NCBI RefSeq assembly: GCF_009914755.1
Contig: NC_060935.1
Length of the DNA stretch: 64,000 nt
DNA from: the human T2T-CHM13v2.0 reference genome, Homo sapiens
Reading direction: 5' to 3' (one strand)
Shown: positions 1-16,100 of the stretch, one piece after another
Layout of the letters: every line of letters starts with the position of its first letter
How positions within the stretch are numbered: position 1 is the stretch's first letter
Notes under the pieces: generated by a model
Told to the model about the DNA's origin: nothing
The model's database searches: none
Seen by the model: only the letters and a program-made list of their open reading frames with translations
Program-made: the position numbers and the translations under genes

Positions 1-81
1 GCCATATATGTAATTAAAAATTTTTTAGGAATCACATTAAAAACATAAAAAGAAAAAAATAAAATTAATATATTTTATTTA
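1..81. mobile_element. hAT-Charlie MITE fragment (MER3/MER33-like), cut by window start
   Basis: gccatatatgtaattaaaaattttttaggaatcacattaaaaa resembles the recalled MER3/MER33 core. Confidence 0.4.
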
Positions 82-394
82 CTTTTCAAGGAACAATACA
101 TTTTGAAAGCAAAATAAATAAATTATAACATAAAACAGGGTCTGCCAGAGTCTGAATATTTTATTGTTAGAGTTTCCAGAAAAGGTCATGTCGTCACACA
201 TAATGAGAAGCAGCTGACTCTCTGATGGAGCTTTCTGGACCAACTGGGTGGATATTTTGGAATTCCTGGGGAGGCTCTTTCACCACCTTTATACCACGCA
301 CTTCAGCATTTGATTGCAAATGGATGTCTGTGATTCTAGGCATCTACTTTGTGACAAAACATCTTGCGTGTATATTGAGATCCACTGTTTATCC

Positions 395-592
395 AATAAC
401 AAAACCAAAGTGTCCATTGTACAAGTAAAAAGACTTAAAGCTTACTTTAGCAATTGAGCCAGGATCTCAAGATGCAAATGCCTGGATGGAATGGATTAAA
501 TACTCAGTCTGCACTCTAAGCAAAAGCGATTGTTACACTTGAGTGCATCGTAGGCCAGAGGCCCAGGTTGTCCCCTTTCCCACTTGGATGGT
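395..592 (+). pseudogene. ERV1-class env SU remnant
   Basis: Manual translation with one frameshift gives NNKTKVSIVQV/KDLKLTLAIEPGSQDANAWMEWIKYSVCTLSKSDCYT*VHRRPEAQVVPFP. This matches the recalled gamma-type ERV env motif AWxEWIKYS..CYAC..GRPEAQ.VPFP; the second Cys of CXXC is now TGA. Confidence 0.6.
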
Positions 593-1081
593 TATTTACA
601 CATGGCATATCAATTCAATGACACATCTCTAATCAGCGATCTCATGGATCTCTTCTTTTTTGTACCTTATTCGTGGTCACTTAGACTGATGTTGGAACAT
701 CTTAAAGGTTCCTAAGATGTTCCTAAGTCCCAGAGTTACGGCAAAGACTTGTTAGTGCTGCAGAAAATCCCTCTCAAGTGGCCACAAGAAAGCTCCCTCC
801 CTGTTTTACCTCAGTTAATTTCCTGGTATTCCACCAGGCTATCTTTTAAACCAGGCCATCCTAAACAAATTCAGATGGGTAAAAATTCATTTAGCCATTT
901 TACAATGATGTCACCAGTGGGTAAGTGTAAGCAATAATATTTTTGTGCAGACAGACATCAGAATTAATTTCTTAATATAGTTTGAATAATCATATAAATT
1001 CCTCTTAAGTTATCAAAGATTCTTACCTAGAGATACTTCGACTAATACACTCAATTTTAATTTTACTTTTACTTTTAAAAT

Positions 1082-2368
<1,287 letters not shown>

Positions 2369-3189
2369 CAAACAATTGAGGCACTGAAAGTTTTCTTTAA
2401 AATGACACATTATCTACACTGTCAATGTAGACATCAGTTTTGCATTACTCATAATCTTCACCTACCAATTGTTTTAATGTATGTCTTATATTGATTTCCT
2501 TTTCCACCTACTCTTATTTCTTGCTACGTACCATTTTCTGTATGGTACCCTACTTCTTCTAGTTTATGTCTAGTTTCTGTTAGGGTTATTTTTACATGTA
2601 GATGTTGGGCTGGGAAGAAATACAGTATACAAATTATGTGAAATATGAGTTTTGAAAATTGTGTGCTCAGGATTATTAAACACACATGTTACTTCACATT
2701 TGGCTTGATTTTTAAACTCAGATTTAATTCCCATTGAAAGAAATATTTTACTGGCAGCACATTTAAATCATGTGAAGAGTGTTACTAACTCAAATTATTG
2801 CCAACCCAGTGACTGCGTCAGGAGGAGGTAAAGTATGAATCTCTTCATGGGTGCCACTTTTTATCTTCAGTGAATATAAAAATATAAAACATGAATAATA
2901 AACATGAAGAAAATTTTGACAAATATGTGATTGTTCATTTTACTTTACAATTCAAAATAAAATTGCCAGAGGTGAAGCTCCAACGTACAGTCTGTCTCTT
3001 TAATCTGTTGTTTGTGAAATGTTCCAGTTTGCTTGTGTATATTTTGCATGCATACCTCCTGTTAATGCAATGAAATTTATTTCAATAGAATAAATTAAGG
3101 AAGTTTGTTGGCATAGTATAGGAGAGTTCTCTCCTCCAAGTATCACAAGACTGAATTCAAGGTGTCATCCAAGCTGATTTTTTCTCTGG

Positions 3190-3400
3190 AGTTATCAAAG
3201 ATTTCTCTTAAGTCATCAAAGATTCTTACCTAGAGATACTTTGACTAATACACTCAGCTTTAATTTTACTTTTAGTTTTAAAATTTAAATACCAATACAA
3301 ACAAGGCATTGAAAGCTTTCTTTAAAATGACACATTATCTACACTGTCAAGGTAGACATCAGTTTTGCATTACTCACAATCTCCAGAGAAACTCCAGAAA
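3190..3400 (+). repeat. Local templated duplication of 998-1089 joined to 2367-2457, with short re-primed repeats
   Basis: Alignment by eye: about 10 substitutions plus a 4-bp indel over ~180 bp. Confidence 0.92.
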
Positions 3401-3712
3401 CTCCAGAGAAAAATTCACTTTGGATCATTCTTACTGACAGAAGTTAGTTTCTTCAGATTATAGGGCGGAGGTCCCTGCTTCTTTGCTGACTGTCAGCTGG
3501 AGGCTACTCATTTCCTAGAGGAATCCTCCATTCTGTGTTGCATGGTCCTCTCCATTGTCAAACAAGCAATGACATGCCAAATCCTTGTCAAGTGCAAATA
3601 AATGCATTTTGAATGTCTCACTTCCTCTGTCTCTAACCTCTAGACTTAAATTTAAAGGATTTGTGTGATTAGGTGTGGCCCATACCAGCTGATCTTACTT
3701 TAAAGTCAACTG

Positions 3713-3846
3713 AGCCAGGTGTGGTGGCATGCAACTATAGTCTCAGCTACCCAGAAGGCTGATGAGGGAGAATGGCTTGAGCTCAGGAGTCTGAGACCAG
3801 TCTGGGCAATATAGTAAGACCCCATATCTAAAAAATAAATAAATAA
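3713..3846 (+). mobile_element. Alu monomer (FLAM-type)
   Basis: gccaggtgtggtggcatgc..gagaccagtctgggcaatatagtaagacccc followed by an A-rich tail; single monomer. Confidence 0.85.
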
Positions 3847-4616
3847 TACTACAAATCAATTGCTTTGGACCTAATTACATCTGCAAAATCCCTTCTGTCA
3901 TAGAGCATGAAATAATTATCATGGCATTCATCTTTATAGGTTTCATGCACAGTCAAGAGGAGGAGATTATATGAGTGTGCCTCATTGAAGGCCACGTTGA
4001 AATTCTGCCTACTACGATCATTTCATGTATAGTTCACATTTACAGGACAAATTTTATATATGAACAACTATCTGTAAACAAGCTACAGGATTTCAGAATG
4101 AAAATGAAAAGACACATTTTTGTTATTTCAGGAACTCTATCAATACACATTGTGGGTTTAGCTGTTAATTACAAAAACTGCATACTTATGAAGATTCCAA
4201 TTATATTTTACTTGTTTCTAATTAATCTCTTGCCACCTATCACTTGGAATATTTTATTACTAATTGTTATGTTGTTTTGCGGTTTGTTTTTTAGAAGACA
4301 TAAATTATTTCAAGTGTTTCTTTTCAGGGAGTTTAACTAATACTCAATTAGTATAGATATCTTAATATGCAACCCAAATTTAAATCTAATAGTTACCTGG
4401 ATTTGTGTTATTTTTATGTCAGCTGAAGGGGTTTAAATTCTTGTGGCTTACAGTTTTCTCTTTGTGGGCTGCATTACTGTGAAACAAATATTTTATGTAT
4501 GATATTGTGGAAATGAAAAATTTTGCAATTGTATGACACATTTGAGTCTTTGCTGTTAATTATAATATTTTGCAGATATCTTCTGGAGCTTCAACTGCAA
4601 ATTTTGTAACTGATTT

Positions 4617-5333
4617 TGTTACAGTAGGTAGCTAGTCAGACATGAGGACAGCAGTAGAGGATTCTACCCCCATGCCCTCACTCCAACACACACCAGAATG
4701 TCAGGTAACCATCAGGTGATGGTCAGGTGGTTGTTAACTGTCTCTCTAAAGTAATAATTGGTCAAAGCCAGCACCAGGGAAGGCAGTCTCCCAATAAACA
4801 GAAACATCTGAAATGATCAGCAGCCTCCTGATAAGATTTCAGGAGTTGGGCCAGTGGGTTCAAGCATGCACATTACGAGGCAAAATGGTGGAGTTTAACT
4901 GGTATATGACCTTCTAGGGACATTTGATTGGTAGAGGAAGAACACCTCAAATTAGCATGCATATAACTCCAGTAAACACACTGTATAGGCTCCACTCCCA
5001 AGAGCTAGCAGGCCACTGCATATGTGGACAGTCCACCCCAAGGGATGATTCAGGGGAGAAGGATTGCAGGACCTTGGAAGCATGCCAACATATAAAACCC
5101 CAAGTCAAAAAGGTCAAACCATGCTCTTCATCTCTCAAGTTGACTGCTTGACCCTCTTCCAAGTGTACTTTACTTCCTTTCAACCTGCTCTAAAGCTTTT
5201 TAATAAACTTTCATGTCTTCTCTAAAACTTGCCTCACCTCTCCTTCTGCCTTATGCCCCTCATAGAATTCTTTCTTCTGAGGAGGCAAGAACTGACGTTG
5301 CTAAAGACCCAAATGGATTTGCTGCCACTAACA
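4617..5333 (+). mobile_element. ERV1 solo LTR, MER50-like
   Basis: TG..CA termini (tgttacagtaggtag..ctaaca), TATA-like tataaaa near 5091, AATAAA near 5202, 4-bp flanks attt/gttt. Confidence 0.75.
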
Positions 5334-5731
5334 GTTTCATAGGATAATTTTGTTTTTGTATTCTATGCTTACATGACCTTAAATGAGTTAAACTGTGTTT
5401 GTATGTGTGTAAAAGAGAGATGCTTTTTGGGCAGGTGCTGGTTTGATTTCCATAGCATCATTGCTTATTTGATAGCATTTACGTGTAAATAAGACTGAGA
5501 AGCTAAGAAAGAGAAGTGCTGAGTCATATATATTAAAATTTATATAAACCTTATTTATATTACCCAATTAGTGATGTACAAAACTGTTTTATAACTCTTG
5601 CATCTTGTAATCCTGATGACTTTATTGCCTTAATTAGAAAGTTATTCACTGTAGTAGAAAAACATCTATTTACATGAAAATTGCTTAAGAGAATTTAGGC
5701 CTTTATGGCTTTATAAAATCAATTTGTCTAT

Positions 5732-6739
5732 GGGTTCCAAGATGGCCGAATAGGAACAGCTTCAGTCTACAGCTCCCAGCATGAGCGATGCAGAAGATGG
5801 GTGATTTCTGCATTTCCAACTGAGTTACTGGGTTCATCTCAATGGGGCTTGGCAGACAGTGGGTGCAACCCATGGAGCGTGAGCAGAAGCAGGGCAGGGC
5901 ATCGCCTCACCCAGGAAGCACAAGGGGTCGGGGAATTCCCTTTCCTAGCCAAGGGAAGACGTGACAGATGGTACCTGGAAAATCAGGACACTCCCACCCT
6001 AATACAGCACTTTTCCAACGGTCTTAGCAAATGGCACACCAGGAGATTATATCCCGCACCTGGCTTGGAAGGTTCCATGCCCACGGAGCCTGGCTCACTG
6101 GTAGCACAGCAGTCTGAGATTGAACTGCAAGATGGCAGCGAGGCTGGGGGAGGGGCATCCACCATTGCTGAGGCTTGAGTAGGTAAACAAAGTGGCCAGG
6201 GAAGCTACAACTGGGTGGAGCCCACCGCAGCTCAAGGAGTCCTGCCTGCCTCTGTAGACTCCACCTCTGGGGCAGGGCATAGCTGAGCAAAAGGCAGCAG
6301 AAACTTCTGCAGACTTAAACATCTCTGTCTGATAGCTTTGAGGAGAGTAGTAGTTCTCCCAGCACAGAGTTTGAGATCTGAAAACGGACGGACTATCTCC
6401 TCAAGTGGGTCCCTGACCCTCAAGTAGCCTAACTGGGAGCACCTCCCAGTAGGGAATGACCGACACCACATACAGCCAGGTGCCCCTCTGATACAAAGCT
6501 TCCAGAGGAAGGACCTGGCAGCAACATTTGCCGTTCTGCAATATTTGCTGTTCTGCAGCCTCCGCTGGTGATACCCAAGCAAACAGGGTCTAGAGTGGAC
6601 CTCCAGCAAACTCCAACAAACCTGCAGCTGAGGGTCCTGACTGTTAGAAGGAAAACTAACAAACAGAAAGGACATCCACACCAAAACCCCATCCGTATGT
6701 CACCATCATCAAAGACCAAAGGTAGATAAAACCACAAAG
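5732..6739 (+). promoter_or_regulatory. L1 5'UTR (sense and antisense promoter region), CpG-decayed, YY1 site intact
   Basis: CAAGATGGCCG at 5738-5748; many CpG>TpG/CpA changes; activity unknown. Confidence 0.6.
5983..6165 (-). CDS. L1 ORF0 homolog, 60 of ~71 codons open
   Basis: MVDAPPPASLPSCSSISDCC.. aligns with ORF0 MAGAPPPASLPPCSLISDCC..; ATG in gcaATGG context; splice donors at ORF nt 106 and 191; expression not shown. Confidence 0.7.
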   Translation of the reverse strand: MVDAPPPASLPSCSSISDCCATSEPGSVGMEPSKPGAGYNLLVCHLLRPLEKCCIRVGVS

Positions 6740-7764
6740 ATGGGGAAAAAACAGAGCAGAAAAGCTGAAAATTCTAAAATCAGAGTGCCTCTTCTCCTCC
6801 AAAGGAATGAAGCTCCTCGCCAGCAACAGAACAAAGCTGGATGGAGAATGATTTTGATGAGTTGAGAGAAGAAGGGTTCAGACCATCAGTAATAACAAAC
6901 TTTTCCGAGCTAAAGGAGGATGTTCGAACCCATCACAAAGAAGCTAAAAACCTTGAGAAAAGATTAGATGAATGGCTAACTAGAATAAACAGTGTAGAGA
7001 AGACCTTAAATGACCTGATGGAGCTGAAAACCATGGCATGAGAACTACGTGACAAATGCACAAGCTTCAGTAGCCGATTTGATCAAGTGGAAGAAAGGGT
7101 GTCAGTTATTGAAGATCAAATGAATGAAATGAAGTGAGAAGAGAAGTTTAGACAAAAAAGAGTGAAAAGCAATGAATAAAGACTCCAAGAAACATGGGAC
7201 TATGTGAAAAGACCAAATCTATGTCTGATTGGTGTACCTGAAAGTGATGGGGAGAATGGAAGCAAGTGGAAAACACTCTTCAGGATATTATCCAGGAAAG
7301 CTTCCCCAACCTAGCAAGGCAGGCCAACATTCAAATTCAGGAAATACAGAGAACGCCACAAAGATACTCCTCGAGAAGAGCAACTCCAAGACACATAATT
7401 GTCAGATTCACCAAAGTTGAAATGAAGGAAAAAATGTTAAGGGCAGCCAGAGAGAACGGTCGGGTTACCCACAAAGGGAAGCCCATCAGACTAACAGCAG
7501 ATTTCTCAGCAGAAACTCTACAAGCCAGAAGAGAGTGGGGGCCAATATTCAACATTTTTAAAGAAAAGAATTTTCAACCCAGAATTTCATATCCAGCCAA
7601 ACTAAGTTTCATAAGTAAAGGAGAAATAAAATCCTTTACAGACAAACAAATGCTGAGAGATTTTTGTCACCACCAGGCCTGCCTTACAAGAGCTCCTGAA
7701 GGAAGCACTAAACATGGAAAGGAACAACAGATACCAGCCACTGCGAAAACATGCCAAATTGTAA
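6740..7764 (+). pseudogene. L1 ORF1p, disrupted
   Basis: ATG at 6740; fragments 6841..7041 and 7266..7814 are ORF1p; in-frame stops and frameshifts. Confidence 0.93.
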
Positions 7765-7829
7765 AGACCATCGATGCTAGGAAGAAACTGCATCAACTAA
7801 TGAGAAAAAAATAACCAGCTAACATCATA

Positions 7830-11653
<3,824 letters not shown>

Positions 11654-12074
11654 ACAATGAGAACACTTCGACACAACATGGGGAACATCACACACCGGGA
11701 CTGTCGTGGGGTGGGTGGAGGGGGGAGAGGGAGGGGGGAGGGATAGCATTAGGAGATATACCTAATGCAAATGATGAGTTAGTGGGTGCAGCACACCAAC
11801 ATGTCCCATGTATACATATGTAACAAACCGGCACGTTGTGCACATGTACCCTAGAACTTAAAGTATAATAAAAAAATCAATTAGTCAATATAACGTTTGA
11901 ATATATCTGCAGTCCTAAGATTATTTTAAAGCAGTTCATATTGAACTTTATTTTTTTAACTGAGCATGCTGTAAGAAAATAGAAATTGCTAGTTTTCATT
12001 GTTAGATGATTAAAGAGAATAAAAATTATAAAATATATTTTATATTTGTGTACAGTGCAAAATAAAGTTTAAAA

Positions 12075-12373
12075 TGGTGGGGAAGAGGTGGAGTCACTGT
12101 AAAGAAGTAGGTAGCACAAGAGAGATCTTTGTGGTGATGGAATAGTTGTTTATCTTGAATACAGTTGTGGTTATATAAATCTCCACATATGAGAACAGTG
12201 ACACAGAACCATACACATAGTTTATACCAACGTTAATTCCCTGGATTTGATGTAGGACTATATTTACATAAGATATAAATAATGAAGCAACTTGGGTGAA
12301 AGGTACACAGGATTTCTTTGTACTATTTCTACAGCTTTCTGTGAATCTATAATTATTTCAAAATAAAAATGTT
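12075..12373 (+). mobile_element. Old L1M (MD/ME-type) 3' end
   Basis: gtggtgatggaatagtt..ctgtgaatctataattatttcaaaataaaa. Confidence 0.6.
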
Positions 12374-12382
12374 AAAAACTTA

Positions 12383-12676
12383 GTTTTTTTAGAGGCAAGG
12401 TCTCACTCTGTCACTCAGACGGGGTGGAGGGCGGTGGCTCATTCAGAGCTCACTGCAGCCTCGAATTCCTGGGCTGAAGCTTTCCTGCTGTCTCAGTCTC
12501 CTGAGTAGCTAGGGCTACAGGTGAATACTACCACATCCAGCTAATTTTAAAAACTATGTTGTAGAGACAAGGTCTTATTCTGTTGCCCTGACTAGTCTCA
12601 AACTCTCGGCCTCAAGCAATCCTCCTGACTCGTCCTGAAAGACGTGGATTATAGGCATCAGCCGCTGTACCCAACC
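12383..12676 (-). mobile_element. AluJ
   Basis: Dimeric, diverged antisense Alu. Confidence 0.88.
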
Positions 12677-13119
12677 AAAAAACAAACGAACAAAAAACCT
12701 TTCAATCTATATTTAGTATATATATAGTTTTTCTTCCAAACCCGAAACGTTAATAAACTTTTTTTATTTACGTATAAAGAATTCTTTCTTGATTTGTGGT
12801 TCCAGATTGATGTTTATTAAACAGGGTTATATGTCCTTTTAAACAGAGCTTCTTTTTCTGTCCTAGGAACATGATAAACCTGCTTGAGATTCTGCATATT
12901 CTTGTAAATAAAATGTACTAACAGCTTTATGAATTAATTAGGACATGGATTTCAGATATATTATGCATAGCATCAGAGTTACAGCCACAGATCCTAGACT
13001 TGGATCTGCTCATGTTACATTCCATCCCCATTATTTAAAAATTAGAGCTTGGAGTTATAAGTAATTATTTTATTTTAATTTTTAAAATATTGATCAACAT
13101 ATATATTTATTTGAATTCT

Positions 13120-16100
13120 GAATTTTTTATTTTTTAAATTAAACACAATATTTTACATATTTATGGGGCACGTGTGTTATTCTGTTACATGCATAGAATA
13201 TTTAATGATCAACTCAGGATATTTGAGGTGAAGATTACTTGAATTAATTTTTGATTCTATATATTGGATATTATGCAAGTCCTCTCTTTTATTTACTTTT
13301 TGTTTGTTGGTTTGTTTTTTGTTTTAGTAGAGACGGGGTTTCACCTTGTTTTGTACGCTGGTCTCGAACTCCTGAGCTCAAGCAATTCGCCCACAATAAC
13401 CTCCCAAAGTGCTGGAATTACAGGCGTGAGCCGCTGTGCCCATCTTTTAGCTGCTTTGAAATATACAATAGGTTGCTGTTAAATATAGACACTCTACTCT
13501 GCTGTCAAATGATAAAACGTACACCTTTTGTTGTGCTGTATGTTTTTACCCATTAACCTTCCTCTACTTATCCCTCTTCTCCCACTCACCTACACTTCCC
13601 AGCCTCTATTACTCATCATTCTACTCTCTACCTTTATGAGATCAATTTTTTTTAGCTCCAACATATGAGTGGAAACATGCAGTATTTGTCTTTCTGTGCC
13701 TAGGTTACTTTACTTAACACAATGACTTCCAGTTCCATTTATGTTGCTGCAGATGACATGAATTCATTTTTTTAAATGGGCAAATAGTATTTCATTGTGT
13801 ATATATAAGATTTCTGGACTTAATCATCTGTTGATAGACCCTTAGTTTCCTTATTTTTCTTATGTGAATAGTTCTGTGATAAACATTGTGGCATATTTCC
13901 TATATTTTAGATAGACATTGAGTGTGATTGCTGGAACACTTGTAGTTCTATTTTTAGTTTTTTGAGAAATCACCATTCTGTTTTCCATAGCGGTTGTACT
14001 AATTTACATTCCCACCCACAGTGTATAAGAGTTTCTGTTTCTCCACATCCTTTCTGGCAATGGCTATGTTTTGTTTTTATAATGTTTGCCATCCTAACTG
14101 GAATACTGTATCATCTCATTGTTTTGATATGCATTTCACTAATAATTAGTGACGTTGAGCATTTTTTCATATACCTGTTGGCCATTTTCATGCCTTCTTT
14201 GTGTAGTCATGTCCTTTGCCTGCTTTTTAATGAAATTACTCTTTACTGTTGTGTTGAGTTCCTCATATATTCTGAATACTAGTCCTGTGTCAGATATATA
14301 GTTTTTTAAATATTTCTTCCCATTCAACAGTTTGTCTCTTCACTCTTGTTTCCTTTGGAAGCAGATTTTTTTTTCTTTTATTATAGTTTCATTTGTCTGT
14401 TTTTGTTTCAGCTGTCTGTGCTTTTAAGGTCTTAGCCATAAAATATTTGCCTAGACTAATGTCCTAAAGTGTTTGCCCTATGTTTTCCTCTAGTATTTTT
14501 ATAGTTTTTGGTCTTATGTTTAAGTCTGTAATCCATCTTGAGTTGATTTTTGTGTATGATGAGATATAGGGATTCAGTTTATTTCTTCTGCATATGGATA
14601 TCCGATTTCCCCAGCAGTATTTACTGAAGAAAGTGTCCATTTTCAAGTACATGTTCTTGGAGACTTTGCTGAAAATTCATCGACTATAAATAAGTGAATA
14701 TACTTATGAATTCTTTATTCTGTTCCATGTATCTATGTTTCTATTTTATAGCAATATCATGCTGTTTTGGTTACTACAGACTTATATTTGGAAATTATGT
14801 AGTGTAATGCCTCCAGTTTTGTTCTTTTTGATAAGAATTTTTTTTGGCTATTCTGGTTCCTTGGTTCTATATGACTTTCAGGATTGTGTCCTCCTTGTAG
14901 CTTGCTGATTTTCTTTCGTAGTACCATTTAAGCCTTTTCTTCATTTGAGTATTGGATTTACTAATGAGTTTTGTATTTTTTCATTGTTTTAATTATGGTA
15001 ATTGGCATCCTTCCACTTCCAGGTTTAGCTTAAATGTCTCAAGTAAATGACAAAAAAAAAAAAAAATGAAAATCAGAGGATTTTCTTGTGGGAAATGCTC
15101 AAGGGGGTCCTAAACCTGGAAGTGAAAGGTCATGTGGTCTAGCGGTCACAAATTCTTTCAGCTGTTGCTTGTCTAGGAAAGATTTTATTTCTCCTTCATT
15201 TATAAAGGATAGTTTTGTGGTATATAGTATCCTTCATTGATATTTTCTTTTTCTTTATGCAATTTGAATATATCATCCAATTCTCTTTTGGCCTATAAGG
15301 TTTCTGCTGAAATATTCACTGTTAGTCTGTTGGAATTTTCTTTACAGATGACTAGATAATTTTATTTTGCTGTTTTCAGAATTTTCTTTTTGTCCTTCAC
15401 TTGGAACATTTTGACTATAACGGAGCATGGAGAAGATCTCTTTGCATTGTATTGTTTTAGGGATTGCTGGGCTTCCTGTCTCTGGATGTGTATTGCTAGA
15501 GGTGAGAAGTTTTCATCTATTATTTCATTAAATAGGTTTTTGAAACTTTTTATTCTCTTGTCACCTTCTAAGATATCGATAACATATATATTTGGTCACT
15601 TTATGGTGTCACATGTATCACAAAGGCTTTGTACATTCTTTAATTCTTTTTTCCTTACTTTTTTCCTTTTATCTGACTGGATTATTTCAAAAGACCTGTC
15701 TTCAACTTCTGAAATTTTCTCTTTTGCTCGTTCTGGTCTATTATTGAAGCTTTCAAATATATTGTGTATTTTAATCAATGAGTTCGTCAGTTCTAGAATT
15801 TCTGTTTGGTTCTTTTTTATAATACCTATCTCTTTTGTACATTTTTCATTAATGCCCTGAATTGTTTTACTGCTTTTTTTTGTATTGTTTTTCAATAGTC
15901 TCTTATATCTCTTCAAGCTTCTTTAAAATCAATAATTTGAATTTTATTTTTGGCATTTCATGGATTTCTTTTTGATTGGGATCTCTTTCCAGAGAATTAT
16001 TGTGTTCCTTTGGAGGTATTTTATCTCTTTGCTTTTTTTGTTTCTTGTGTTCTTATGTTGATATCTGTGTATCTAGTGTATCAGTTGCTTCTTCCTTTTT

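Larger units (their letters stand above)
3140..4017 (-). mobile_element. MLT1-family MaLR LTR, interrupted by a templated insertion and a FLAM
   Basis: tcaaggtgtc..ctctggag..ctccagagaaaaatt pattern and terminal aattctgcctactac. Confidence 0.65.

Noticed and set aside
194-343. 49-aa minus-strand ORF (MPRITDIHLQ..) followed by AATAAA at 160-165
   Set aside because: No recognisable homology; short ORFs and AATAAA are frequent by chance in AT-rich DNA.
225-428. 67-aa ORF as a gene
   Set aside because: No recognisable homology; it overlaps the env remnant in another frame.
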